From Nitrosopumilus sp. (GTDB lineage: Archaea > Thermoproteota > Nitrososphaeria > Nitrososphaerales > Nitrosopumilaceae): a stretch of DNA of 64,000 nucleotides. The first letter of the stretch is position 1. The number at the start of each line of letters is the position of its first letter. The position numbers and the translations under genes were made by a program. Positions 27,621-38,832 of this stretch are shown here, one piece after another. The notes under the pieces were generated by a model that made no database searches, was not told the DNA's origin, and was given only the letters and a program-made list of their open reading frames with translations. The DNA is taken from positions 1,184,001 to 1,248,000 of the forward strand of contig OZ250186.1 of NCBI GenBank assembly GCA_965238275.1. The letters are read 5' to 3'.

Positions 27621-28895
27621 TTGGTCAAAGTCGATCCCTTTGCAAACGCCACGCAGCAGGTAAACGATGCATGCGACATACTTGAAATTTCAGATGACGG
27701 ACTACGCCAGTATCTGGCAATGCCAAACAAGGTACTGAGGGTAAAGATTCCAGTGAAGATGGATGATGGAAGCATCAGGATATTTACCGGCTTTCGGAGC
27801 CAGCACAACAACGACAGGGGTCCCTACAAGGGCGGCATTCGATACTTTGATCCAAAAGGCGGCGTCGAATATATGGAACGCGAGGTCATGGCCCTGTCCT
27901 CATGGATGACCTGGAAGTGTGCAATAGTTGATGTTCCCCTGGGTGGCGGCAAGGGTGCGATATACGTAAACCCCAAGACTGAAAAACTCAGTGACGGCGA
28001 GATGGAGAGACTGACACGCGGATTTGCCTACAAGATCTCCGAGATAATAGGACCTGAAAAGGACATTCCCGCCCCCGATGTCTACACCACCGGTCGGGAG
28101 ATGACTCAGATTATGGATACATTTTCCAAACTAAACGGTAACAAGCACACCCCTGGCGTCATTACCGGAAAGCCAATCTCCATGGGTGGGTCGCTTGCAC
28201 GAAACGTGGCCACCGGACTGGGTGCGGCATACACGGTAAGGGAGGCTGCAAAGACGTTGAAGCTGAGCCTGAAAGGCGCCAAGGTCGTACTTCAGGGATT
28301 TGGAAACGCATCGACATTTACAGGCATCTATCTTGAAAAGATGGGCGCAAAGGTGATTGCTGTCAGCGACTCTAGGGGCGCTATATCCATTCCAAGAGGG
28401 GCAAAGGTTGAGAAGATTCTTGGACACAAGCAAAAGACAGGCTCTGTAGTTGGCTACCGCGGCAGCAAGGGTATCACAACTGAGCAACTGCTTACCACAA
28501 AATGTGACGTTTTGGTTCCGGGCGCACTGGAGAACCAGATTACTGCCAAGATTGCAAGGGATCTTCAATGCAAGATTATTGCCGAGGCGGCAAACGGGCC
28601 CACACTCCCTGAGGCTGATCCAATAATATACAAAAACAACATCCTGGTAATACCTGACATTCTTGCCAACTCTGGCGGCGTCTGCATCTCCTATCTGGAA
28701 TGGGTGCAGAACAACATGGGCTATTACTGGTCGTTTGATGACGTGGCAAGCAAGATGGAAAAGAACATCACTACCGGCTTCAAGGACGCATACGCCCTCT
28801 CCAAAAAGCACAAGATTGACATGAGAAAGGCCACGATGGTTCTTGCAGTGTCCCGGGTTCTTGAGGCATTCAACCAGAAGGGCATCTGGCCATAA
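27621..28895 (+). CDS. gdhA: Glutamate dehydrogenase
   Basis: GPYKGGIRY, GGGKG, DIPAPDV, QGFGNA, EAANGP, PDILANSGGV. Confidence 0.96.
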   Translation: MVKVDPFANATQQVNDACDILEISDDGLRQYLAMPNKVLRVKIPVKMDDGSIRIFTGFRSQHNNDRGPYKGGIRYFDPKGGVEYMEREVMALSSWMTWKCAIVDVPLGGGKGAIYVNPKTEKLSDGEMERLTRGFAYKISEIIGPEKDIPAPDVYTTGREMTQIMDTFSKLNGNKHTPGVITGKPISMGGSLARNVATGLGAAYTVREAAKTLKLSLKGAKVVLQGFGNASTFTGIYLEKMGAKVIAVSDSRGAISIPRGAKVEKILGHKQKTGSVVGYRGSKGITTEQLLTTKCDVLVPGALENQITAKIARDLQCKIIAEAANGPTLPEADPIIYKNNILVIPDILANSGGVCISYLEWVQNNMGYYWSFDDVASKMEKNITTGFKDAYALSKKHKIDMRKATMVLAVSRVLEAFNQKGIWP

Positions 28896-28990
28896 ACCAG
28901 ACATACCTGTCAGTTACAAATCCTGAACCATACGTCGGTTTCCTAGAATACACCAGCACATATTAGGAATAGCCGGCCATGCCTTGTGTG

Positions 28991-29668
28991 ATGTCCCGCG
29001 TACTGCTTGTACAGAACACGCGCACCGAGGGCTCAGGACACCTGGGCCGGCTGCTTGCAGACGACGGATTTGAGACCGTCTCAATAAATGCAAAACGTGA
29101 TCCAATCCCGGACAAAGACTTTGCCCTTGTCGTCATACTGGGGGCGCCGGAGAGTGCAAACGACGATCTGCCGTACCTTCGTGCAGAACAGAACCTGATA
29201 AGGGACTCTGTTGACTGCAACATCCCTGTTCTGGGAATCTGTCTGGGCTCGCAGCTCATTGCCAGGGCCCTTGGCGGCAGGGTGTACCGGGGGCCAAAGA
29301 CTGAGATCGGTTTTTACAGCGATCTGAAGACAAGCAGCGGTTCGCCGCTGTTTTCGGGATTTGAAAACCCGTTTACCGTCTTTCACTGGCATAGGGATAC
29401 CTTTGACCTGCCTGACGGCGCGCTCAGGCTTGCATCCTCCGAGTACTATCCAAACCAGGCGTTCCGGTACAGGTGCGCGGTGGGGGTACAGTTCCATTTG
29501 GAAGTAGATGCCAGGATGGTCAATCTCTGGCTTGACAACTACCAGAGACATTCTGCAGGGACTCTGGATATCCAGCGGATCCGGGCGGATGTGGATGGGC
29601 AGATTCAAACCGTCAACTCAAACATGAACCTGTTCTATGACAACTTCAAATCGACGTTTGGGTTGTAA
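28991..29668 (+). CDS. Class I glutamine amidotransferase
   Basis: GICLGSQL and QFHLE triad motifs. Confidence 0.9.
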   Translation: MSRVLLVQNTRTEGSGHLGRLLADDGFETVSINAKRDPIPDKDFALVVILGAPESANDDLPYLRAEQNLIRDSVDCNIPVLGICLGSQLIARALGGRVYRGPKTEIGFYSDLKTSSGSPLFSGFENPFTVFHWHRDTFDLPDGALRLASSEYYPNQAFRYRCAVGVQFHLEVDARMVNLWLDNYQRHSAGTLDIQRIRADVDGQIQTVNSNMNLFYDNFKSTFGL

Positions 29669-29934
29669 TCTGCATCATGGCACCACACACCTGTTCTGCA
29701 CATTGCCGTGCCGGTATGGGATTGTTGTATTATGCCAGATGAACCCCGCATGCCGTGCATCCTGGTGGTGGCCGGTTCGTGATTCCTGACGGCCCTGGAT
29801 GATTTCTGCAATCCTGCAGACTGACCGGCAGTCTCCGAATCACGCGTACGCACTCAGGTCGGTGACTTGTCCAGGCACAAAATTGTATCCAGTCCTGCAA
29901 AACCATGCCTAGCCTCAAACGGGATCTGAGTGCA

Positions 29935-32191
29935 GTAAGCGTTCACGTCCCCCCTAGATACTGCGCCCACCCCATGCCAGTCATCCCCATGCCAGTCATC
30001 CCCATGCACAGGCGTCAAACAACACAAACCAATGAATGAGTTTTTTCCAAATCTGTGCTTAAAATGACAACGCATGAGTCAGTAAACAACGAATCCACAT
30101 GAAACATGCGCGTCAATATCCATACACGAAATCAATATTTAAAAAAACCGATCCGGCATCCGCGGGATGCCCCGGGCAGGTGTCCCTTTAGGCATGGCTC
30201 CTTCTCCTCCTCCAAAATCCGAAAAGCTGATCCTGCAGGCGGAGCTGCGCCGCGCATGGGGCGTGGCCGACTGCCTGATCGGAGTGGTTGCGACGTGTTT
30301 GGGACTGGTGGATTCGCTGAGGGGCAGGCTGGCACAAAAAACCAGGGAGAATGACGACTTGAAAAAAGAGATAGTCAAGCTCAAAAGGATGCTGTCGGTC
30401 CACGAGAGTTGGAACCACTCGTCCAGGGAGGCAGTCCTGTTTGCCAAGAAGCGAAAAGAGTTCCAGAGGAGGGCCGGCGCCGGGACCGGCGGGGACGGTG
30501 GTGAGGAAGACGGCAGTGCCAGTCCTGACGGAAAACGGTGCGGACACCAGCCCGGGACAGAGGGCGTCTCCCACGGCCACAAGCCGACTGAAACCAAGAC
30601 ATATCGGGCAGACATGTGCAAAAACTGCAGCAGCACGGACACGCAGCCCGAAGGGATGTATTGGAAGATTGTACTTGATTTGACCCGATGTGATGGCAAC
30701 AACAACATGGTCTGCCATGTGGAGGAGACCGTGCCGGCATACTGCACCAGGTGCGGCACCGTCACGCACCCCGAGACTGGCACCATTGCGGGATCATCAC
30801 TTGGGCCCGGCCTGAGGAGAATAATCGCCAACATACACGAAGTCGTGCCATCCGTAAGGTCCATCCAAAGGCTCCTGGCATCAAACCACGGCGTCACGTT
30901 ATCGACGGGGTGCATATCCAACTGCCTGTCGGGGGTGACCAAACGCGCAAAAGGGAACTGTCCGGAAACGACTCCCGGCCATGCAGAAACCCCGTTGGTC
31001 TCCAAGGGGCCGTTGTCGCTGCCGCCGCCGTCGCCTGCAGACTGCGGGCCGTATGACCCGAGCCGGGATGCCGTCTGGTCCGGCATGGCAACACAGCCGC
31101 TTGTCAGACAGATAGAGGAAAAGATCAGCATGGCCCCATGCGTGCAGATAGACGAGTCGCGAAAAAACATCGGAGGCAAACAGGCGCAGGCCCTGGTGCT
31201 GGACACAAAGGATGCTGTCCTCATACGCATAGAGAAGGACAAGTCCAGGAAGGCCATGGAGGGTGCCTTTTGGATGGCGCTGAACAGGCCGTTTGTGGCA
31301 GACATGTACCGCGGCGGCTGCGCCTTTGCAGGAGAGTTCCAGTCGTGCTTTGTGCACGTGAACCGCAAGAGCGAGGGCCTGGCCATTCGCCACGGCATCG
31401 ACTCGTTCGAGTACGTCCTGTACGTCATGATGCGCGGCATATACCATGACGCCAAGGCAGCAGCTGCCAGGACCCTCGAGATGGCCGGGGGGCAAGCAGT
31501 GCAGTCTGCCTGCGACATCGGCGCCGCCGTCAGGACAGTTCCCGGACTGGCAGAACACGTCGAATCAAGCCGGTCTGACCTGCTCAAGCGCCTCGGAAAG
31601 GTGGCCCACGCATACCGGAACGGCGCAGTCTCTGATGATGCCAGCCGCGAGTTTGCAGGCACGCTTGAAAACGCAATGCCGTACCTCCTCACGTTCATCG
31701 GACATCCGGGAATGGAGGGCAGCACCAACGCCTGTGAGAGAACCATACGCGGGTATGTCGTGAGGCCGCGCAACATACAGCGCATACTTCCGAACCGGCG
31801 CGCCGCAGACAACCTTGCCACGCTCCAGACGATTCACGCCACGTGCGCAAAACGCGGAATATTCTCAGGCGATGCAGTCACCGCGTGCGACTCGTGGAAC
31901 ATGTTCGAGGCCGGGACGCCGCCGCCGATACTTCCGAATCTCAAATGACCGCGCCACGGCATCCGGCAGATCAGGGTTGTTGCCGCACCATTTTGGTTTA
32001 GACAGGACACGTTGCAGAACATGCCACAAAAAGCCGCAGGCATGTCTGCATGATGACATCTTATTCTTGCTATGCATTTTCACACACTGGCATATCTCTG
32101 ATGGATGCTTCCATAATGGAGTCAGAATCACATACCCATGTATGACATCCCAGCTAGCGTGGAATTGGCAAGGGGGGACGTGAACGCTTAC
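29935..32191 (+). mobile_element. IS66-family element
   Basis: Perfect TIR GTAAGCGTTCACGTCCCCC; TSD TGAGTGCA (29927-29934, 32192-32199). Confidence 0.94.
30167..31948 (+). CDS. IS66 transposase
   Basis: GHQPG, CKNC..CTRC, IDES, ADMY, QSCFVHVNR, STNACERTIR. Confidence 0.88.
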   Translation: MPRAGVPLGMAPSPPPKSEKLILQAELRRAWGVADCLIGVVATCLGLVDSLRGRLAQKTRENDDLKKEIVKLKRMLSVHESWNHSSREAVLFAKKRKEFQRRAGAGTGGDGGEEDGSASPDGKRCGHQPGTEGVSHGHKPTETKTYRADMCKNCSSTDTQPEGMYWKIVLDLTRCDGNNNMVCHVEETVPAYCTRCGTVTHPETGTIAGSSLGPGLRRIIANIHEVVPSVRSIQRLLASNHGVTLSTGCISNCLSGVTKRAKGNCPETTPGHAETPLVSKGPLSLPPPSPADCGPYDPSRDAVWSGMATQPLVRQIEEKISMAPCVQIDESRKNIGGKQAQALVLDTKDAVLIRIEKDKSRKAMEGAFWMALNRPFVADMYRGGCAFAGEFQSCFVHVNRKSEGLAIRHGIDSFEYVLYVMMRGIYHDAKAAAARTLEMAGGQAVQSACDIGAAVRTVPGLAEHVESSRSDLLKRLGKVAHAYRNGAVSDDASREFAGTLENAMPYLLTFIGHPGMEGSTNACERTIRGYVVRPRNIQRILPNRRAADNLATLQTIHATCAKRGIFSGDAVTACDSWNMFEAGTPPPILPNLK

Positions 32192-32254
32192 TGAGTGCAT
32201 ACAATCACGCCCACACAAGTTTAATATAATGAGCTTTAACCTCATCGGTATATC

Positions 32255-34369
32255 ATGCCTGATGTCAAGACGATATTCGAGGAGACCATTCAGACAGACC
32301 ACAAGATTATCACCGAGGAACTCTCAAAGTCCATTCTCAAAAAATACGACGTCAAGGTTCCTCCCTTTGCCCTTGTGACATCAGAGGCAGATGCTGTAAA
32401 AAAGGCCAAAAAGATCGGTTTTCCGCTGGTAATGAAGGTGGTATCCCCCCAAATACTCCACAAGACTGATGTCGGCGGAGTCAAGGTGGGAATCGACAAT
32501 ATCGGCGATGTAAAAAAGACATTCAACGACATGCATGGCAGGCTCTCAAAGAAAAAGGGCGTAAACGTCAAGGGAATCCTTCTTGAAAAGATGGTTCCAA
32601 AGGGCGTGGAGCTGATAGTGGGAATCCAAAACGATCCGCAGTTTGGCCCGGTAATAATGGTCGGGCTCGGGGGAATCATGACTGAAGTAATGAAGGATGT
32701 CGCATTCAGAATGCTCCCAATCACAACATCTGATGCAAGGTCCATGCTAAACGAGTTAAAGGGCTCGCAGCTTCTCAAGGGATTCAGGGGAAGTGATCCT
32801 GTTGATCTTGGAATGGTCGCCGGCATGCTGGTCCGCATTGGAAAACTGGGCGTGGAGAATGCAGACTATATCAACAGCATCGACTTTAATCCCGTGGTGG
32901 TATACCCAAAGTCCCACTATGTCGTTGATGCAAAGATTATCCTAAATGATGCTGTAAAAAAGAACTCCATCTCAAAGGCCAAGCCAAACAAGGACAACAT
33001 GGAGAAGTTCTTTACGCCAAAGTCAGTCGCGCTCGTGGGAGCCTCTACAAGCAAGGGCAAGATTGGAAACTCCATACTTGACAGCCTTGTAAACTATGAC
33101 TACAAGGGGGAGGTATACCCAATCAATCCCAAGGCAGATAAGATATTTGGGAAAAAGTGCTATCCGTCAGTTGCAGACATTCCCGGCGATGTTGATCTCG
33201 TGGTCATCTCAGTAGACCTCTCAATCACGGCTCCCGTCCTGAAGGACTGTGCCAAAAAGGGGGTCCACAGCGTGGTGATAGTCTCCGGCGGCGGCAAGGA
33301 GCTTGGAGGAAAACGTGCCGCGTATGAGGCAGAGGCCAAGAGGCTGTCTGCAGAGCACAACATCCGAATCATAGGACCAAACTGTATCGGAATGTTCAAT
33401 GCTGCAAACAGGCTTGACTGTGCGTTCCAGGGCCAGGAAAGGATGATACGTGCAAAACTGGGCACTGTCGCACTACTCTCCCAAAGCGGAACCATGGGGA
33501 TCAGCTTTTTGGAGACTGCCGATGCATTCGGGCTCTCAAAGATGGTAAGCTACGGAAACCGTTCTGACGTGGACGAGGCAGACATGATATGGTACCTTGC
33601 AAACGATCCCCAGACCAGCGTGATCCTGCTCTACGTCGAGGGGTTCGGAGACGGAAGAAAATTCATCAATACTGCAAAGCGCGTAATGAAGGAGACAAAA
33701 AAACCCGTTGTCATATGGAAGAGCGGCAGGACCGCGCTTGGCGCAAAACAGGCCGCATCGCACACCGGTTCCCTTGGGGGTTCCAACGCAATAATAATGG
33801 GCGCCTTCAAGCAGGCCGGAATCATCTCTGTTGACAGTTATCAGGAACTCGCAGCTGTTGCAAAGGCGCTTGCCTGGCAGCCGGGCGCAAAGGGCAACAG
33901 GGCTGCAATGACAAGCAACGGTGCAGGTCCGATGATTGGGGCAATTGACCACTTTGACAGAATGGGGCTGAGGCTTGCCAAGGTCACCTCAAAGTCACTC
34001 AAGCGCATGAAGGAGCATTTTCCGCCAACCTACGTGATTGGCAAGGGAAACCCCGCCGATGTCACCGGCGGCGCCAGTGCCGAGGACTATCAGTTTGTAA
34101 TCAAGGCTTTCATGGACGATCCAAACGTGGACATTGTGATGCCATGGTTCGTATTCCAAGACGATCCTCTTGATGAGGTAATCATTGATTATCTGGCAGA
34201 GTTCTCCAGCGAGAAGAGCAAGCCTGTCCTTGTCGGAGGAAACGGCGGACCATACACGCAAAAGGTCTCACGTCTCATTGAGGCCAGAGGCGTTCCAGTC
34301 TATGACGACCTGCGGGACTGGGTGGCGGCTGCATCCGCGCTTGCCCACTGGGGAAGAATCTCAAAATAG
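32255..34369 (+). CDS. ADP-forming acyl-CoA synthetase, probably 3-hydroxypropionyl-CoA synthetase (3-HP/4-HB cycle)
   Basis: ATP-grasp HKTDVGGV, CoA-binding VGAS, GPNCIG, ASHTGSL; adjacent crotonase. Confidence 0.88.
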   Translation: MPDVKTIFEETIQTDHKIITEELSKSILKKYDVKVPPFALVTSEADAVKKAKKIGFPLVMKVVSPQILHKTDVGGVKVGIDNIGDVKKTFNDMHGRLSKKKGVNVKGILLEKMVPKGVELIVGIQNDPQFGPVIMVGLGGIMTEVMKDVAFRMLPITTSDARSMLNELKGSQLLKGFRGSDPVDLGMVAGMLVRIGKLGVENADYINSIDFNPVVVYPKSHYVVDAKIILNDAVKKNSISKAKPNKDNMEKFFTPKSVALVGASTSKGKIGNSILDSLVNYDYKGEVYPINPKADKIFGKKCYPSVADIPGDVDLVVISVDLSITAPVLKDCAKKGVHSVVIVSGGGKELGGKRAAYEAEAKRLSAEHNIRIIGPNCIGMFNAANRLDCAFQGQERMIRAKLGTVALLSQSGTMGISFLETADAFGLSKMVSYGNRSDVDEADMIWYLANDPQTSVILLYVEGFGDGRKFINTAKRVMKETKKPVVIWKSGRTALGAKQAASHTGSLGGSNAIIMGAFKQAGIISVDSYQELAAVAKALAWQPGAKGNRAAMTSNGAGPMIGAIDHFDRMGLRLAKVTSKSLKRMKEHFPPTYVIGKGNPADVTGGASAEDYQFVIKAFMDDPNVDIVMPWFVFQDDPLDEVIIDYLAEFSSEKSKPVLVGGNGGPYTQKVSRLIEARGVPVYDDLRDWVAAASALAHWGRISK

Positions 34370-34518
34370 ACATACCCTGTAGGGAGGGGGAAGATTTTGA
34401 TGTCCATGATGCCATGTTCTTTGGAGCCGGCGACAGTCACGTATTTTGGCGAACAGCAACAGCCCGCGTACATCATGTAAAGATAACGTTTAAGTCAAGC
34501 ATGGCGGGGCTGATTATC

Positions 34519-35280
34519 ATGTCACTGGTCACCACGTCCAAATCTGACGGCATATGCACTGTTACAATCAACAGGCCTGAAAAACTCAACGCCATGAATA
34601 CTGCAGTCGCAAAGGAACTTATCTCGACTTTTGAGGCGCTGAATCTGGATGACGATGTTCGGGTCATAATACTGACCGGCCAGGGAGACAGGGCGTTTTC
34701 TGCAGGGGCGGACATTGAGTACATGTCAAAGATCTCCGCAGACGAGTCAGTGGAATATGCAAAGACGGGGCAGCTTGTCACTTCCACAGTCGAACTTGTA
34801 AGGCAGCCAACCATTGCAGCCGTCAACGGCTTTGCGCTTGGAGGCGGATGCGAACTTGCAATGTCATGCGACATCCGAATAGCATCCGATACTGCAAAGC
34901 TTGGGCAGCCTGAGGTTACCATTGGTATTCCCCCGGGCTGGGGCGGAACACAGAGACTCATGAGAATCGTGGGAATCGCCAAGGCAAAGGAGCTTGTATA
35001 CACCGGCAAGATGGTCAAGGCAGAAGAGGCAAGGGAGATTGGACTTGTCAATCGCGTCGTTCCGCTTGCATCGCTGCAGGAAGAGGCCCTCAGGATGGCA
35101 CAAAAGATCTCTGCAAACTCTACCATGGGCGTTCAGATGTCCAAGGTCGCAATCAACAAGGGGCGAAACGCGGATCTTGACACCGGACTTGGAATCGAGC
35201 TTCTCGCGTGGAGAAACTGCTTTACCCATCCGGACCGGGAACAGCGCATGACTGCGTTTGTCCAAAAGTCAAAGAAATAA
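34519..35280 (+). CDS. Enoyl-CoA hydratase, probably 3-hydroxypropionyl-CoA dehydratase/crotonyl-CoA hydratase
   Basis: [30 protein letters not shown]. Confidence 0.92.
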   Translation: MSLVTTSKSDGICTVTINRPEKLNAMNTAVAKELISTFEALNLDDDVRVIILTGQGDRAFSAGADIEYMSKISADESVEYAKTGQLVTSTVELVRQPTIAAVNGFALGGGCELAMSCDIRIASDTAKLGQPEVTIGIPPGWGGTQRLMRIVGIAKAKELVYTGKMVKAEEAREIGLVNRVVPLASLQEEALRMAQKISANSTMGVQMSKVAINKGRNADLDTGLGIELLAWRNCFTHPDREQRMTAFVQKSKK

Positions 35281-35608
35281 CCACGACCATTCATTCTGAT
35301 AAATTTTACACTCCAAGCCATGCCCGTAGAGGTACTGCCGACGTCATTATCACCGGGTATCCACGACGGCGGTTCCTTCAGCATGGAATGCATGCTGCCC
35401 CCAGCAGCACCACCATCCTGGGAATACAAGGTCACACCATTATTCATTTGTGTACCGGACTATTGTCCGTGTGGGCACCACCCACGCCTGGTTTTATACG
35501 GACGGTGCACCACCCTTCAAGGCTGTCCTGGCAGGATTGATTCTCATCAAACCCCGTTGGAAGGGCACGAAAAGCTTATTATAATTACGAGTGGTATTTT
35601 TACACATT

Positions 35609-35959
35609 ATGGCATCTGAACAGATACAGAAGATGATCACAGTGACCTCAAAGGCTGCTGAAAAGATCAAAGAGTTCATGAAGGAGGAGGCCGAATCTCC
35701 CGAGTACCTCAGGGTCTATGTCCAGGGCGGAGGATGCTCCGGCCTGTCTTACGGCATGGGTTTTGAAAAGGCACCCGAAGAAGACGACATTGTTCTGGAG
35801 GAGAACGGAGTCAAGCTCCTAGTCGACAGTTACAGCGTTGATCACCTACAGGGCGCAAATGTAGACTATATCGAAAGCCTGATGGGCTCTGGATTCAAGA
35901 TCAACAATCCCAACGTCACAAAATCCTGCTCCTGCGGTCACTCATTCAGCACCGAATAA
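35609..35959 (+). CDS. erpA: A-type Fe-S carrier (HesB/IscA/ErpA)
   Basis: GGCSGLSY and C-terminal CSCGHSF. Confidence 0.9.
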   Translation: MASEQIQKMITVTSKAAEKIKEFMKEEAESPEYLRVYVQGGGCSGLSYGMGFEKAPEEDDIVLEENGVKLLVDSYSVDHLQGANVDYIESLMGSGFKINNPNVTKSCSCGHSFSTE

Positions 35960-36350
35960 GCAAGACATACTTATTTTTCGATTCCGGCCTAGCATGTGCT
36001 GAGCTAAACTGCTGCCCATCATACAAACCAGTATGCGGGACACGGCCACCTAACACGGTGGATGGCTCTGCCGTGCCTGTGTGTCCGGCATTGCATGTGC
36101 AATTCATGATAGTGCCCGGCACACGATCGCGGCCCGTCCGAACGGCCATGAACGGAATCCCAAACCCCGATGAGCGCATTGCACACGGGATTTTGTTTTT
36201 GGGCAGCCTGAAGGATTCATTCCTGCCTGCCTGAATGCGGCGCCCTCTGGATGCAGCAGCATGCCCCACAGGCACAAAAACGCCAATCCGATACCCTCAT
36301 ATATCGTGTATTGGAATCAATATCATGATTATTAGGGAGATGAATAATTT

Positions 36351-37493
36351 ATGCCTCAATCAGGAATTGTCAAGTATCACGTTAAACTTTCCTACAAAGT
36401 TGATGGTCTAGTCGAGAGGGCGGACATAATAGGCGCCATCTTTGGCCAGACAGAAGGACTGCTTGGCCCCGAGATGAACCTAAATGAGCTCCAGCGCGTC
36501 TCCAAGGTGGGGCGCATCGAGGTCAACGCAAAGTCCACGACTAACACGACTTCAGGAGATGTTCTGATTCCGATGAGTACCGATATTGATACCTGCGCAC
36601 TGATTGCCGCAGGCATTGAGAGCATAGACAAGGTGGGGCCGTTTGACTGCACGTTCAAACTTGATGCAATTGACGACGTGCGGGCTGCAAAAAAGGACGA
36701 CATAGTCAGGCGCGCAAAGGAGATCAAGCAGAGATGGGCAACCAAGACTGTCAGCGAGGGTGAAAGCATGCTAAACGACGTTCATCAGGGCGACTCTAGA
36801 AAACTCTCCACATACGGGGCCTCAAAACTTACATGCAGTCCTGGCATCCATGACTCCAAATGGATAATCCTGGTGGAGGGAAGGGCAGACGTAATCAACC
36901 TTCTTCGTGCAGGCTATGACAACGCAATTGCAATCGAGGGTGCCAAGATTGACGAGTCAATAAAGACACTGTGTGCCACCAAGGACATAATCGTTGCATT
37001 CCTTGACGGGGACAGGTCAGGCGGCTTCATCCTAAAGGAGCTAAAGTCCGTCGTCCCGCTGGATTACGAACTCAGGGCCGACAAAGGTGTTGAAGTCGAG
37101 GAGCTTACCCCGCAGAGGATAGACGAGATCCTAAGACCGGTTGCCGACGAGATAAAGTCCGGAGGCCCCGCAGTCTCGCTCCGGGATGATACTGACAAGC
37201 CGTTGGCAGACATTGCCTCCAAGGTTTATCCTGATCTAAACGAGACCCTTGAGGCAGTGGCGCTGGACGACCGCAGCAAGCAGATCTTCAGGGTTCCAAT
37301 CAGCGAGCTTGTCAACAAACTGTCTACGCAGTCCGGCGTCCAGTATCTTCTGCTGGACGGCATCATAACCCAGAGGCTTCTGGAAGGTGCCAGAAAAGCA
37401 GGCATTGCATGCATAATGGGTCACAGGATTGCAAGGCTCTCAAACTCTGACGGCATAGAACTCAAAACGTTTGGCGATCTCGGCATAGCATAG
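36351..37493 (+). CDS. dnaG: Archaeal DnaG (TOPRIM)
   Basis: GAIFGQTEGLLG, VEGRADV, FLDGDRSG. Confidence 0.95.
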   Translation: MPQSGIVKYHVKLSYKVDGLVERADIIGAIFGQTEGLLGPEMNLNELQRVSKVGRIEVNAKSTTNTTSGDVLIPMSTDIDTCALIAAGIESIDKVGPFDCTFKLDAIDDVRAAKKDDIVRRAKEIKQRWATKTVSEGESMLNDVHQGDSRKLSTYGASKLTCSPGIHDSKWIILVEGRADVINLLRAGYDNAIAIEGAKIDESIKTLCATKDIIVAFLDGDRSGGFILKELKSVVPLDYELRADKGVEVEELTPQRIDEILRPVADEIKSGGPAVSLRDDTDKPLADIASKVYPDLNETLEAVALDDRSKQIFRVPISELVNKLSTQSGVQYLLLDGIITQRLLEGARKAGIACIMGHRIARLSNSDGIELKTFGDLGIA

Positions 37494-37497
37494 ACTG

Positions 37498-38193
37498 ATG
37501 ACCGAACTGAAGATTCAGCACATTCTTACCCTCTCTTATCTTCTGTCTGCAGGCGCAAGACACAACTATGTCCTGATTACCACCTCTTCCCTTGGGAGAA
37601 GCATCAAAAGGTCACAGCAGGCAGCCTCGCAGCACCTTGTGGATCTTGAGCAGGGCCGGTTCATTGAGAGGATAATGAGCGGGGGGAGCATATCTGTAAA
37701 GGTGACTCCCAAGGGATTTGCAGAGGTATCCCGGCTCTCGTCCATTCTCCAAAAGTGCATCGACTCCTCGCCGTCACACGTGGACCTTGAGGGGGTGCTG
37801 GTATCCGGAATGGGCGAGGGTGCATACTATATGGGGCTGGAGGGATACACCAGGCAGTTCAAGTCCAAGGTAGGGTATGTTCCCTTTCCCGGCACGCTCA
37901 ACGTAAGGCTTGATGAGCGGGTCTACCTGGAGGCAAAAAGACAGTTTGACGGCATGGACGGTGTGACGATAGATGGCTTTTCAGACGGGCAGAGGACATA
38001 CGGGTGGGTCAGGTGTTTTTCGGCGGTGTTAAACGGCACAACCAAATGCCAACTTGTCGTGCTTGAAAGGACGCACCATGGCGACTCCATAATAGAACTG
38101 ATCTCAAAGGTGTGCATACGGGAGGATGCCGGACTTGTAGACGGATCCCGCGTATCCCTGAAGATTCCAATCGGCTCAGATCCCGTGGATTGA
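37498..38193 (+). CDS. ribK: CTP-dependent riboflavin kinase with N-terminal wHTH
   Basis: SQQAAS, SGMGEGAYY, PFPGTLN, ERTHH. Confidence 0.92.
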   Translation: MTELKIQHILTLSYLLSAGARHNYVLITTSSLGRSIKRSQQAASQHLVDLEQGRFIERIMSGGSISVKVTPKGFAEVSRLSSILQKCIDSSPSHVDLEGVLVSGMGEGAYYMGLEGYTRQFKSKVGYVPFPGTLNVRLDERVYLEAKRQFDGMDGVTIDGFSDGQRTYGWVRCFSAVLNGTTKCQLVVLERTHHGDSIIELISKVCIREDAGLVDGSRVSLKIPIGSDPVD

Positions 38194-38802
38194 CTCGCCG
38201 TACTCTTCTTGTATCTTTGAACTGGAGATCTCCGGAATCGGGGACTGGAGCCTTGCAACCCGCGCATTCAGGTTGATCTTCTTGCATCCCTCGGTAATGA
38301 ACTTCTCCTGGTGAATCTGATCGTATCCCAGGGCGATAATCTCGGGCCTGACGTTGTCCACTGTCTTGAAGATGTCATCCTCCTGTCCGACCAGACACAG
38401 ATCCACCATCAAAAGCGATCTGACCATCTCCTGCCTCTGCTCCTGCGAGTGCAGCGGCATCTTCTTCTTCATCCTTACTGCCGTGTTGTCTGTCGCAACC
38501 ACCACCACAAGCACGTCGCCCAGCGCCTTTGCAGCATTGAGGGTATGGATGTGTCCTGGATGGATGATGTCAAAGACGCCCCCTGCCAGTACCACATGCA
38601 GCGAGTCGCGGCCAAAGTCAGTCAGCGTCTTCCTGTCTGCCTCCACAAGCTGGTTCCTTACCAGATCATCGATGCTCTCCCCAATCTTCCTTGCCGAAAG
38701 CATGCTGTTTCTTCCTATCTCCGCCAAGGGAGACGTCCCTGTAATCTGGGACGTATACATGACTGCAAGAATCCTCTTCTGGCTCTGATCCAACAACCCC
38801 AT
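38176..38802 (-). CDS. ribL: FAD synthase (cytidylyltransferase fold)
   Basis: GGVFDIIHPGH, LGYDQ, SSSKI; convergent with ribK. Confidence 0.85.
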   Translation of the reverse strand: MGLLDQSQKRILAVMYTSQITGTSPLAEIGRNSMLSARKIGESIDDLVRNQLVEADRKTLTDFGRDSLHVVLAGGVFDIIHPGHIHTLNAAKALGDVLVVVVATDNTAVRMKKKMPLHSQEQRQEMVRSLLMVDLCLVGQEDDIFKTVDNVRPEIIALGYDQIHQEKFITEGCKKINLNARVARLQSPIPEISSSKIQEEYGESIHGI

Positions 38803-38832
38803 TCATTCTCTCCCTATCTATAATTCATCATG

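Larger units (their letters stand above)
29846..32202. mobile_element. 92-bp IS66-type MITE (29846-29934 + 32200-32202) interrupted in its right TIR by IS66
   Basis: TIR GTA(C/T)GCACTCAG; TSD AATCACGC (29838-29845, 32203-32210). Confidence 0.8.

Noticed and set aside
29970-30007. 15-bp tandem repeat CCCCATGCCAGTCAT
   Set aside because: Internal to the IS66 left end; likely local slippage.
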